From Thermoproteota archaeon (GTDB lineage: Archaea; Korarchaeota; Korarchaeia; Korarchaeales; Korarchaeaceae): 64,000 nt of DNA. The translations under genes and the position numbers were made by a program. The stretch spans positions 160,001-224,000 of the forward strand of contig JAOZGC010000002.1 in the NCBI GenBank assembly GCA_027491915.1. Reading direction: 5' to 3'. Below the pieces are notes generated by a model. It had not been told where the DNA came from and searched no databases. It saw only the letters and a program-made list of their open reading frames with translations. This document shows, in pieces, positions 19,119 to 28,275 of this stretch; position 1 is the stretch's first letter, and the number at the start of each line of letters is the position of its first letter.

Positions 19119-20462
19119 TTGGATCGGTCGATCATGATGGAAGCGGAGTTAGGATCCATATTCAAGCCGATAGTGGGGGAAGATAACTTCTTAGACTCCG
19201 AGATAGACCTCGAGGCCTACTCTATAGACGCCTCCAGGATTGCAGGGAGGCCCAAGGCAGTTGTCAGGCCGGGGGGAGAGGATGAGGTGGCCGAGATCCT
19301 CTCCGTCGCCAGCGAGAATGGAGTGCCCATCACCCCCAGGGGGAGGGGAACCTCCCTCGTCGGCGGGCCGGTGCCCCTGAGGGGCGGGGTAGTCCTCGAC
19401 ATGACCAGGATGACCGGTATACTGGAAGTGGACGAGGAGAACGGCCTGGTCTCAGCCTGGGCTGGCACCCCGGTGTCCGAGCTGCAGGACGCGATCGACG
19501 GCTACACCTTCCCCATAAATCCGGACGGCCTCGGCCTCTCCACCCTGGGGGGAATAGCGGCCGAGGATTCCGCATCGATGCTCTCCTCCATATTCGGCAC
19601 GGCCCGGGCCAACGTGGTGGGAGCTGAGGTGGTCCTCCCCAGCGGGGAGATAGTCGACCTCGGGGGAAAAATTCCTTCTGGTCCGAGGGTAGCCTTGGAT
19701 ACTTTCTTGGGATCAGAGGGAACCCTCGGCGTCTTCATCAAGCTGTCCGTCAAACTGGCGCCCCTGCCACCGTCGGCTAAGACGGTGGAGATAGAGCTCG
19801 TGGACGCCGTCGACGCCATCGACATAAACCAGAGCATGAGAAAATCGTGTCCCGTCCCATACACGATGGAGGTGATCTACCGGGATGTGCTAGATATTCT
19901 ACACGGTGAGGAGAAGGAGGCCGGGGCGGTGGCCAGGGTTGGATTCTATGGAAGTGAGAGCTGCGTGCAGGAGGCGGTCGATGGGCTGATCCGGGAAGCC
20001 TCCAAGTACCATCCTCTATCAACCGACGTAAGGGATGGGATGCCAAAACCGGCTCAGAGAGATCTTTACACCGCCTTGGAGCGGACGGAACTCAGCGTCC
20101 ACGTCCTGAGCGTTGCCGCGTCCCTATCTTACCTCAGAGACCACCTGCAGGAGATAGATCGGGTGTCCAAGAGTTTCAATTTGAATACCGTGAGCCTCGT
20201 TAATGTTCCACTTGGTTGGATATTGGTCGGGGTTCTCTTTGACCCAACCGATAGGAAATCGACCATGAGGACGGACGGCGCCGTGCGCAGGCTGTCAGAG
20301 AACTTCACCAGGAGTGGTGTATTCATGGGCTTCGGAACCGGGGTGGGGGCCTCCATGGCCGGCCAGATTGGGAGAAACGGACTGATCTCTGTCTACTCCC
20401 ACCTAAAGCGTGCCCTCGACCCGGTTGGCGTCATGAATCCCGGGAAGCTAGTCCCACTATAG
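19119..20462 (+). CDS. FAD-binding oxidoreductase, GlcD/GlcE-like (divergent)
   Basis: PRGRGTSLVGG, STLGG, GSEGTLG, LDPVGVMNPGK; C-terminal catalytic His motifs absent. Confidence 0.8.
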   Translation: MDRSIMMEAELGSIFKPIVGEDNFLDSEIDLEAYSIDASRIAGRPKAVVRPGGEDEVAEILSVASENGVPITPRGRGTSLVGGPVPLRGGVVLDMTRMTGILEVDEENGLVSAWAGTPVSELQDAIDGYTFPINPDGLGLSTLGGIAAEDSASMLSSIFGTARANVVGAEVVLPSGEIVDLGGKIPSGPRVALDTFLGSEGTLGVFIKLSVKLAPLPPSAKTVEIELVDAVDAIDINQSMRKSCPVPYTMEVIYRDVLDILHGEEKEAGAVARVGFYGSESCVQEAVDGLIREASKYHPLSTDVRDGMPKPAQRDLYTALERTELSVHVLSVAASLSYLRDHLQEIDRVSKSFNLNTVSLVNVPLGWILVGVLFDPTDRKSTMRTDGAVRRLSENFTRSGVFMGFGTGVGASMAGQIGRNGLISVYSHLKRALDPVGVMNPGKLVPL

Positions 20463-20476
20463 GAGGTGCCTCCTGA

Positions 20477-21520
20477 TTGCCGCTCTTCACTCCCAGGCTA
20501 ACGGCCGACATCAGCAGGTGCGTGAGATGCGGGGCCTGCAACTCCCACTGTCCGGTCTACTCCCTCCACTCTCACGCGGAGACTAAATCTCCAAGATCAT
20601 GGATAAAACTATCTTCCTCAGTAAATAAAAAAGAAATATCCGTCTCTGTAGAGTTTATAGAATTCATGTACGGGTGCACCCAGTGCGCCCTCTGCAGCGG
20701 GGTTTGTCCCGTCGGTTTGGACCCCTCCTACATAATACTCAAAGTTAGAAAGGAGCTCATAGATCAGGGATACGTCCCGCCGATGGCGGTGGCCGCCCTG
20801 CCAGAGGAGGTTCTGGGGGGGGAGGTCTTCCCCACCCCCCTGGAGACGGTCGCCCCGATGGCGGGAGGTAGGCCCACTTACTTGGCCGGATGCTGGGGAG
20901 AATCGACCCCGGAGGTGGACGTTGCAGCCTCTGCCGCGCTGGAGAGACTGCTCGGGAAGATCAGGCTTGGAGATCGCGCTTGCGGCGTCATCCTCAGGTA
21001 CGCCGGTTACTTCGACCAAGAGGAGGAGGTCCTGGAGGTGCTGGTCAGGGAGAATTCGGACGCGCGATTCTTAGTCTCCGCGTGCCCAGAGCAGGTAAGG
21101 GCGATAAGGGAGAGTCATCCGGAGATGGACGTGAGGTTCATCTTCGATCTGCTCGAGGAAATTCCGGTCGGCAGGATCAGGGGGGAGAGATACCTCATCA
21201 TCCCTGACTGCCGAAGCCCGTCGGTTGGTGAGAAGATCGGGGAGATCTTGGCGGCCGCCGGGGCCGAGGCGATGCTGGCCCCGGACGAGTTGTGCTGCTC
21301 GTGCGGGCACCTAGTTACCCGCAGGGCTCAGCCAGACGTGATACGCCGGCTCGCCGTGGGAATTGTGAACGAGGCGACCGCCGTCGGGTCGAGCGCGATA
21401 CTCTTCGTCAATCCGGCTTGCTATGGGATGATCTCGGAGGTTATCAGGTCGGCCAAGGGAATCAAGTTCTCAGGTCGCCTGTCAGAGCCAGCGGAAGAAC
21501 TGCTCCGGCTCTTGAAGTGA
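20477..21520 (+). CDS. Fe-S protein, GlcF/HdrD-like (two 4Fe-4S motifs, eroded CCG domains)
   Basis: CVRCGACNSHCP and CTQCALCSGVCP; remnants ACG, ACP, CCSCG, NPAC. Confidence 0.78.
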   Translation: MPLFTPRLTADISRCVRCGACNSHCPVYSLHSHAETKSPRSWIKLSSSVNKKEISVSVEFIEFMYGCTQCALCSGVCPVGLDPSYIILKVRKELIDQGYVPPMAVAALPEEVLGGEVFPTPLETVAPMAGGRPTYLAGCWGESTPEVDVAASAALERLLGKIRLGDRACGVILRYAGYFDQEEEVLEVLVRENSDARFLVSACPEQVRAIRESHPEMDVRFIFDLLEEIPVGRIRGERYLIIPDCRSPSVGEKIGEILAAAGAEAMLAPDELCCSCGHLVTRRAQPDVIRRLAVGIVNEATAVGSSAILFVNPACYGMISEVIRSAKGIKFSGRLSEPAEELLRLLK

Positions 21521-22883
21521 CGCGCTGCCTCTTGGGTCTCCCAACCCCGGCGTAGAGGAACCCAGCCCTCTCAAAACCCTCCCTGTCGAGGGCGTTCTTT
21601 CCGTCAAACAGGATGACGCGTGATTTCCCGCCCACCATCCTCTTGAGACGCTCCGGCTCGATCCTCTTGAACTCGTCGTGATCCGCCCCCAGGATGATAA
21701 CGTCCGCTCCGCTCAGGGCTTCCTCCAGGCTGCCTGCCCTGGGAAGACCGAAAGACTCGGTGCTCATGGGGTCGTACACCACCACCCTCGCCCCGGCCTC
21801 CGAGAGGCTCAGCGCCAAGTCCCTCACCGGCGTCTCTCTGATGTCCGGCACGTTCCCCTTGTAAGTCACCCCGAGGATGGCCACCTTGGCCCCCTCCGGA
21901 TCCACGCCCTCCTCCTCCATAATCTTCAGTACCTGCTCGGCGCAGATCCTGGGCATGGCCTCGTTGACCTTGCGGGCCGTGGTCGTCAGCTCCAGGTTCA
22001 CCCCCTCCCTGCCCGCGGCCCTCGCCAGGAACAGTGGGTCCTTGGTGAGGCAGCTGCCGCCGACTCCTATGCCGGGTCTGAGTATGCGCACCCTCGGATG
22101 TCTGTTGGCCAGGGAGATCACCGACTCCACGTCCACGTTGAGGGCGGCGCACGCCAGCGCGACCTCGTTTGCGAACGCTATATTGACGTCCCTGTAGGCG
22201 TTCTCCACCAACTTAGACACCTCCGCCACCCTCACGTGGGTCCTGTGGAGCTCCCCGCGGACGAAGGATCCGTAGAGTCTCTCTACCAGATGGGCCGATC
22301 TCTCATCCAGGGAACCGATTATCCTATCATTTTCCCTCATCTCGTACAGAAGTCTTCCTGGAAACGCCCTTTCCGGGCAGAAAGAGTAAAACCAGTCCTC
22401 CCCCAACTCCATCCCCGTCTCCGACTGGACGAAGGGCACTATCTCCATCTCGGAGGTAAGCGGCGGGATGGTGCTCTCCACTATGAGCAGGGTCCCCGCC
22501 GTCATCCTGGCCGACGCCTCCCTCACGGCCGAGTAGACGTACGCCAGGTTGGCCTCGCCGCCGTCTATCCTGGGCGTCGGCACGGCCACGATGAACACGT
22601 CCGACCCATCCATGTCAGACGGATCGTGCGTGGGGGCGTACCTGCCGCTCGAGAGTTCCCCCCTAAGCAGCTCCCCGACGCCTGGCTCTCGATCCACCAG
22701 GTGATGCCTCCCCTCCCTCAACCCATCTATCAACCCGAGATTCAAGTCATACCCCACCACCCTGTATCCGGCGGAGCTAAGCAGCAGCGCCGTCGGCAGG
22801 CCTATGTAACCCTGCCCTATGACGGAGATCTTGGCCCTCCTAGAATCTATTCGGTTTAAAATGGTCAGATACGAACTCTCCAT
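21462..22883 (-). CDS. Nucleotide-sugar dehydrogenase (UDP-ManNAc dehydrogenase WecC-like)
   Basis: GQGYIGLP, VPTP, EST, CPER, KLVENAYRDVNIAFANE, GVGGSCLTKDP, YKGNVPDIRE. Confidence 0.9.
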   Translation of the reverse strand: MESSYLTILNRIDSRRAKISVIGQGYIGLPTALLLSSAGYRVVGYDLNLGLIDGLREGRHHLVDREPGVGELLRGELSSGRYAPTHDPSDMDGSDVFIVAVPTPRIDGGEANLAYVYSAVREASARMTAGTLLIVESTIPPLTSEMEIVPFVQSETGMELGEDWFYSFCPERAFPGRLLYEMRENDRIIGSLDERSAHLVERLYGSFVRGELHRTHVRVAEVSKLVENAYRDVNIAFANEVALACAALNVDVESVISLANRHPRVRILRPGIGVGGSCLTKDPLFLARAAGREGVNLELTTTARKVNEAMPRICAEQVLKIMEEEGVDPEGAKVAILGVTYKGNVPDIRETPVRDLALSLSEAGARVVVYDPMSTESFGLPRAGSLEEALSGADVIILGADHDEFKRIEPERLKRMVGGKSRVILFDGKNALDREGFERAGFLYAGVGRPKRQRVTSRAGAVLPLALTGDLRT

Positions 22884-23003
22884 CGCGATCGGCTCCTACA
22901 GAGGGCAAAATAAGGGTTCCCGGGTGAACGGTAGAAACGGTGTGAACGGTGGGGCCCGGTGGGTTGCCGGCCACCCGAAGGCCAGCCCGGTTCCCCCTAT
23001 CCG

Positions 23004-23207
23004 TCAGACCAGGGTGCCCTGTTCCTCCCTGACCTTCAGTCGGGTGATGTAGCCCGCTATCCTGTTCCTGTACACCTTGGATGGGATGTCCGCGACCCTG
23101 GACAACGTCCTCTTGTTGTGCTCGAAGTCCCTCGTCCAGATCTCTGGGTACTTCTTGACCAGCTCGTAGGCTATCCTCTTTATTGCCCTCTCCCTGACGG
23201 TGCCCAT
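23004..23207 (-). CDS. rps17e: 30S ribosomal protein eS17
   Basis: MGTVR...DFEHNK...SKVYRNRIAGYITR. Confidence 0.95.
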   Translation of the reverse strand: MGTVRERAIKRIAYELVKKYPEIWTRDFEHNKRTLSRVADIPSKVYRNRIAGYITRLKVREEQGTLV

Positions 23208-23223
23208 CTCCCCGCCCCGGGCC

Positions 23224-24345
23224 TCACCACCCACTATTTAAAGATTCGGCGGCGGCCTCGACTATCTTCTCAGCCTGCGGCCTGACCTCCTCCTTTCTCC
23301 TGCGATGTTCCCTCAGGAAAAGAGCCATCCTCTCAGCGACCTCCCTCTTGCAGGGGCCGCACAGCCTCTCGCCGGACACGCACTTGTCCCACATCTCCTT
23401 CAGCTCCTCGTCGTCGTACAGGTGGAATCTGGCCAGCTCGTAGACCACGCACCTCGTGGGATCCCCGCCCAGCCTCCTCTGCTCCTCCGCGGTGTCCCTT
23501 CCCCCGGTGAACGCGTTCATGACCTTCCTGTAGGCGAGATCAGGATCGTCTGCCATGCTGATGAAACTCATGGGATCCCTCTTCGACATCTTCTTGTCAC
23601 CCAGGAGACTCCGCATGAGTAGGTGGTAGGTGGACGACGGCTCCACCAATCCGTACCTCGACCTCATCCTCCCGGCCACGTCCCTGGTTAGGCGGATGTG
23701 GGGATCCTGGTCTATTCCAACGGGGACCACCGTCGGCTTCGGCCCCCCGAGGTCGGGGTGCTGGGGGAGCAGTATGTCTCCCACCTGGATGAGCGCCGAT
23801 AGATACAGCCCTATGCCCCTCTCTCCGTAGACGGCCCTCATGGTGGCCATGGTTATTCCGCGGGCGGCTATCACCGCCATGCGCTGAACCCTGGCCTCCC
23901 TGCTTTGGAAATAGATGTAGGCCCTCTCAGGATCCAGCCCGGCCGCCAGGAGGTCCGCCACGTTGTCCACCGCCACCTCTCTGCTGACGTCGAAGAACTG
24001 TCCGTTGTCTTCCCACGCCTCCACGTCCGCTATGGCGAACACCGCCGAGGAGGCCGTGGACCTCTTCTGGAAGTAGACGAACTCCTTGGCCGTCTGAAAC
24101 GTTCCCAGGTGGTACGGGCCGGTCGGCTTTATGCCCGTTATCACCGCGTACTCCCTCCCGCTGATCACGGCGTCGGCCACCCTCTCGAGGTCCCTGTGGG
24201 CGAAGATGACGCCCCTCCTGAAGAAAGGACTGTCTCCGAACACCTCCATCAGCTTTTCGTCTATCCTCCTTATGCCGAACCTCTCCATAACCTCCTCGTA
24301 GTCCGACACCAGCGTGGTAGCCCATGGGTCGAGCCCTTCGCTCAA
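23224..24345 (-). CDS. trpS: Tryptophanyl-tRNA synthetase
   Basis: LDPW, TGIKPTGPYHLG, PVGIDQDPHIRL, KMSK, AFTGGR, CGPCK. Confidence 0.93.
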   Translation of the reverse strand: MSEGLDPWATTLVSDYEEVMERFGIRRIDEKLMEVFGDSPFFRRGVIFAHRDLERVADAVISGREYAVITGIKPTGPYHLGTFQTAKEFVYFQKRSTASSAVFAIADVEAWEDNGQFFDVSREVAVDNVADLLAAGLDPERAYIYFQSREARVQRMAVIAARGITMATMRAVYGERGIGLYLSALIQVGDILLPQHPDLGGPKPTVVPVGIDQDPHIRLTRDVAGRMRSRYGLVEPSSTYHLLMRSLLGDKKMSKRDPMSFISMADDPDLAYRKVMNAFTGGRDTAEEQRRLGGDPTRCVVYELARFHLYDDEELKEMWDKCVSGERLCGPCKREVAERMALFLREHRRRKEEVRPQAEKIVEAAAESLNSGW

Positions 24346-24420
24346 GGAGACACCCGTCAGACGGCTGGCGTCGAGGTGTTTTTTAATCCCCGCGGCGGCC
24401 CGCCGAGAGGTGCGCCGGTT

Positions 24421-25488
24421 ATGGACCTCGGGCCGGCCCTGACCGAGTTCGTGGAAAATTACAAACCGAAAATAGACGCTAGACTCCAGGAATTCTTGGA
24501 GTCCAGGGAGGAAGATCTGAGCAAAAAGGGGTTCAGCGGATACTACGATCTCCTGAGGGACTACGTCTCCAGGGGGGGTAAGAGGCTGAGGCCGATCTCC
24601 TGCCTAGCCTCGTACCTGGCCTTCGGCGGCAACAGGATGGACGAGATCCTGACCGCGAGCCTGAGCGTGGAGTTCCTCCACAACTCCTCCCTCATCCACG
24701 ACGACATAATGGACAGGAGCAATAAGAGGAGGGGGGGGCCGGCCTTCCACGTCGCCGCGTCCAACCTGATCCCGGGGGTGGACGACGGGGGACACCTGGG
24801 GATATCCCTGGGGATCCTCGGGGGAGACTCCCTGCTCGAGATGGGGGTGGGAGCCCTCATTTCCAGCGGATTTCCAGCCGAAAAGGTCAACTCAGCCATC
24901 TCCACCTTCGTATCAGCCTACAGAAAGCTGATAGAGGGACAGATCCTGGACCTGGCCCTCAGCAGGAGCGTATCGCCTTCCGAGGATGAGGTTCTCAGGA
25001 TGCTCTACCTGAAGACCGGCGCCCTGCTGGAGGCGTCGCTCACGATAGGGGGGATCCTGGCGGGCGCCGGGGACGAGGAGCTGAGAAGGGTGGGGAGGGT
25101 CGGGAAGAGGATAGGAATCGCCTTCCAGATCTGGGACGACTACCTGGGGCTCTACGGGGATCCGGCCGTGACCGGGAAGCCCGTTGGCAGCGACGTCAGG
25201 GAGGGAAAGAGAACCCTCCTCGTCGTGAAGGCCTTGGAGCTGGCCGACTTAGATGGCAGATCCTTGCTCCTCTCGGCCCTCGGCAACGAGTCTCTCACCG
25301 AGGAAGATCTGGAGAGGGTGAGGGAGATAGTAAGGGAGGTGGGCGCGCTGGACTACTCTCTGGGGGTTGCGGAGGAACTCGTGGGGGAGGCGCTCGCCGA
25401 GCTGGAATCCCTGAGGGGCAGTGCCAACGATTCCCACCTGGAGGTCCTCAGGGATCTCTGCAGGTCGGTTATCGGGAGGAACCGTTAA
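24421..25488 (+). CDS. Geranylgeranyl diphosphate synthase (polyprenyl synthetase)
   Basis: GGKRLRP, HDDIMD..RRG, GQILD, KTGAL, FQIWDDYLG, GKPVGSD; ATG 24421. Confidence 0.93.
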   Translation: MDLGPALTEFVENYKPKIDARLQEFLESREEDLSKKGFSGYYDLLRDYVSRGGKRLRPISCLASYLAFGGNRMDEILTASLSVEFLHNSSLIHDDIMDRSNKRRGGPAFHVAASNLIPGVDDGGHLGISLGILGGDSLLEMGVGALISSGFPAEKVNSAISTFVSAYRKLIEGQILDLALSRSVSPSEDEVLRMLYLKTGALLEASLTIGGILAGAGDEELRRVGRVGKRIGIAFQIWDDYLGLYGDPAVTGKPVGSDVREGKRTLLVVKALELADLDGRSLLLSALGNESLTEEDLERVREIVREVGALDYSLGVAEELVGEALAELESLRGSANDSHLEVLRDLCRSVIGRNR

Positions 25489-25512
25489 ATAAGCTCGCGG
25501 GCGCGGCGGCGC

Positions 25513-25596
25513 GCGCCCGCCTCTCATGACCTCCGCAGAGAGAGGAAGGCGTGGGCCGATCTCTGACGCGGAGGACTAGTGGGCGGGCGCACACCG
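25513..25596 (+). ncRNA. Candidate box H/ACA guide sRNA (single hairpin)
   Basis: Lower stem GCGCCCGCC/GGCGGGCGC, internal pocket, upper stem CCTCCGC/GCGGAGG, apical GA/GA K-turn-like motif, ACA directly after the lower stem; TTAAATA box about 25 nt upstream. Confidence 0.6.
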
Positions 25597-25630
25597 GGTT
25601 CGCCCGCGATTTCGGGTCGTTTGAGTCGAG

Positions 25631-26863
25631 GTGATGTTTGGCTTGGGTTCGCACAGGCTGTTTAAGGACCTCAACTCCCAGGAGAAGTATACAATCCATT
25701 TGGAGATAGTCGTCAACGGGCACGTGGACCACAGCGATGTCATCGGGGCGCTCTTTGGTCAGATGGAGGGCCTGTTGGGTCCTGAGCTGGAGCTCAAGGA
25801 GCTCCAGAAGACGGGGAAGGTGGGGCGAATTCACGTCAAGATGAAGACCGAGGGGGAGAAGATGAGGGGGACCATCACGGTCTCTTCCAGCCTAGACAGA
25901 GCCAGGACGGCCCTGCTGGCCGCCGCCCTGGAGACGGTAGATAAAGTGGGTCCATACAACGCCTCGGTGACTCTGAAGAAGATAGTTGACGAGAGAGATG
26001 AGAAGAGGAGAAAGATAGCCAAGAGGGCCGTTCAGATAATAAAACAGTGGAGGGCCGAGTCTGCCGAGTCATACAGGGAGCTCATAGACCTGGTCATCAA
26101 GGAGTCGGCCGAGGAGGAGATCATACTCTACGGCCCCGAGAGGCTGCCGGCCTCTCCCGGCATAGGGGAAGCCGAGAGCGTGATCGTCGTCGAGGGCAGG
26201 GCCGACGTCGTGAACATGATGAGGTACGGTTGGAACAATGTGATATCGATAGGTGGAGCTGTGGAAAAGGTCCCGGAAACGGTGGTGAGATTGATAGGGG
26301 AGAGGGAGGCGACCGCCTTCGTCGACGGCGATAGGGGGGGAGAACTCGTCCTCAGGGCCCTCTTGGAGCAGACCGACGTCGACTTCGTGGCCAGGGCGCC
26401 GCCCGGAAAGACGGTGCAGGACCTGACCGCCAAGGAGATCAGGAAGGCCCTGGCCGCGGCCGAACCAGCGGAGGAGGTCAGGAGGAGGATGGGGATCAAG
26501 GGTCCGAGTCCGGCGCCCGCCGCGGAGGCGGCGCCCCGGACCAGGAGCGCCGAGCCGGAGGTCAGGGACAGGAGGCTCGCCAGGCTCCCCCCCGGCATGA
26601 GGGAGCTGTACAGGAAGGCGGAGGAGGAGGGAGTCGCCATCTTGGCGGACGAGGAGATGACCCCTCTTGCCTCGTTTCCGCTGAGCGATCTCTACGACTC
26701 GATGGACAAGGTTGAGGGTGCGGCATACTTGGTCTACGCCGGTAACCTCACCCAGAGAATAGTGGACAAGGCCTTCAAGTCGGGCCTCAGGGCCATAGCG
26801 GCGAGGAAGCTGTTCGACGTCACCCGGGTCCCGGCCGGGGTCAAGGTGTACACCGCTGAGTGA
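25631..26863 (+). CDS. dnaG: Archaeal DnaG (TOPRIM primase-like, exosome-associated)
   Basis: DVIGALFGQMEGLLG, ELQKTGKVGRI, VVEGRADV, DGDRGG, ARAPPG. Confidence 0.95.
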   Translation: MMFGLGSHRLFKDLNSQEKYTIHLEIVVNGHVDHSDVIGALFGQMEGLLGPELELKELQKTGKVGRIHVKMKTEGEKMRGTITVSSSLDRARTALLAAALETVDKVGPYNASVTLKKIVDERDEKRRKIAKRAVQIIKQWRAESAESYRELIDLVIKESAEEEIILYGPERLPASPGIGEAESVIVVEGRADVVNMMRYGWNNVISIGGAVEKVPETVVRLIGEREATAFVDGDRGGELVLRALLEQTDVDFVARAPPGKTVQDLTAKEIRKALAAAEPAEEVRRRMGIKGPSPAPAAEAAPRTRSAEPEVRDRRLARLPPGMRELYRKAEEEGVAILADEEMTPLASFPLSDLYDSMDKVEGAAYLVYAGNLTQRIVDKAFKSGLRAIAARKLFDVTRVPAGVKVYTAE

Positions 26864-26866
26864 ACG

Positions 26867-27961
26867 GTGCCGAACTTGAGGATCCTCGTGCTGGACGAGC
26901 GCAGGGGCACCGCGAAGCTGAGGCTCGAGGGGGTGGAGGACGTCTACTACCTCTACTCGGTCCTCTCCCCGGGAGACTACGTTAGGGTGAGGACGGCCCG
27001 GAAGGTGAAGGGAGATTCCTCGCGCCCGGACAGCGGTGAGAGGATCCCCATGACGCTGACCCTCGAGGTGGAGAAGCTGGAACTCAATCCAGAGGGAGGG
27101 GGGCTCAGGATACTCGGGATCATAAGGGAGGGACCGGAGAAGTACGGGATCCAGGGCAAGCACCACGCCGTGACCCTGGGCCCCAATCAGGAGGTATCCG
27201 TCAGGAAGACCAGGTGGGAGAAGGTCCACACGGACCTCCTCAGGGAGGCCGAAGGGAAATCTCAGAGGCCGAGGCTCATAGCCGTAGTGCTAGATGAGAG
27301 GAGGGCCATGATCGCCCCGATAACCGACTACAGGATAGAAAAACCGGTAGAGATCGTATCCAAAATACCTGGCAAGGCCGGCGATAGACAGAGGTTCAGG
27401 GATCGAGAAATCAGGAGGTTCTTCGAGGACGTGGCCGCGACGATAGTTGAGCTACAGAGGAGACACGGGGAGATCCCTGTGCTGGTGGCCGGACCGGGGT
27501 TCTTCAAGGAGGAGTTCCTTCGTTACCTGAGCTCCAACTTCCCAGAACTTTCTTCTCACTGTAGGCTAGCTCAGGCCTCCACGGCGACCAGGAGTGGATT
27601 GAGGGAGCTTGTAAGGAGGGGAGAGGTGGCGGCGGTCGTCCGGGATCTCTCCCTAGCCGAGGACGCCGCGGCGGTCGACGAGCTCATGAGAAGGATGGCG
27701 AGGGGATCCCGCCTTGTGGCCTACGGCGAACAGGAGGTCAGGGAGGCCCTGACCTTCGGCGCCGCGGATCTGCTTCTCCTGACCAGCAAATTCGTTTTTT
27801 CCGATGAGACCAGGGAGGTCGCCCTGAAGATGCTCGAGGAGGCCAGGTCCACGAGATGCAGGCACAGGATAGTGGACTCCTCGACGGAACCAGGGGAGAT
27901 CTTAGACGGGCTGGGTGGAGTTGCCGCCCTCCTGAGATTCGATTTCACTCGATCAGATTGA
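26867..27961 (+). CDS. pelA: Pelota/Dom34 mRNA surveillance factor
   Basis: EDVYYL..GD..T.RK, AGPGFFK, VAYGEQEV..A..GA, LGGVAALLRF. Confidence 0.93.
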   Translation: MPNLRILVLDERRGTAKLRLEGVEDVYYLYSVLSPGDYVRVRTARKVKGDSSRPDSGERIPMTLTLEVEKLELNPEGGGLRILGIIREGPEKYGIQGKHHAVTLGPNQEVSVRKTRWEKVHTDLLREAEGKSQRPRLIAVVLDERRAMIAPITDYRIEKPVEIVSKIPGKAGDRQRFRDREIRRFFEDVAATIVELQRRHGEIPVLVAGPGFFKEEFLRYLSSNFPELSSHCRLAQASTATRSGLRELVRRGEVAAVVRDLSLAEDAAAVDELMRRMARGSRLVAYGEQEVREALTFGAADLLLLTSKFVFSDETREVALKMLEEARSTRCRHRIVDSSTEPGEILDGLGGVAALLRFDFTRSD

Positions 27962-28240
27962 GGCTATCGCCTCCAGCACGAAGAACAGGATCACCCCGGC
28001 GGTTATCAGCTTCCTCCCCTTGTAACTGAAGACGTCGCTGGCCCACAGCACTACCCCTATCACTATGAGGGCCCCGGAGAGCACCCTGCCGAAGTCTATG
28101 AACCAATCCTTCAGCTCCAGGACGAACTCCTGTATCAAGCCCAGTTCCCTGAACACGGCGTCCCAAATCTGATTTCCCGGGGAGAGGTGAGGGATGAGGA
28201 GCTTCCCGATCTCCACGTTCACCCGACCTTCCACCCCCAT
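27953..28240 (-). CDS. Small two-TM membrane protein
   Basis: Two hydrophobic helices separated by SYKGRK; coding-like composition. Confidence 0.65.
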   Translation of the reverse strand: MGVEGRVNVEIGKLLIPHLSPGNQIWDAVFRELGLIQEFVLELKDWFIDFGRVLSGALIVIGVVLWASDVFSYKGRKLITAGVILFFVLEAIASI

Positions 28241-28275
28241 CCCACCCCCCCATTTCGGGAAGTCTCCGGCCCCGA

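Noticed and set aside
22955-23000. GC-rich hairpins with a C(UUCG)G loop after rps17e
   Set aside because: Stems are short for a GC-rich background and are at most a 3'-UTR structure.
23905-24420. N-terminal extension of the 527-aa prenyltransferase ORF
   Set aside because: Antisense to trpS; family homology starts at ATG 24421, after a TTTTTAA box.
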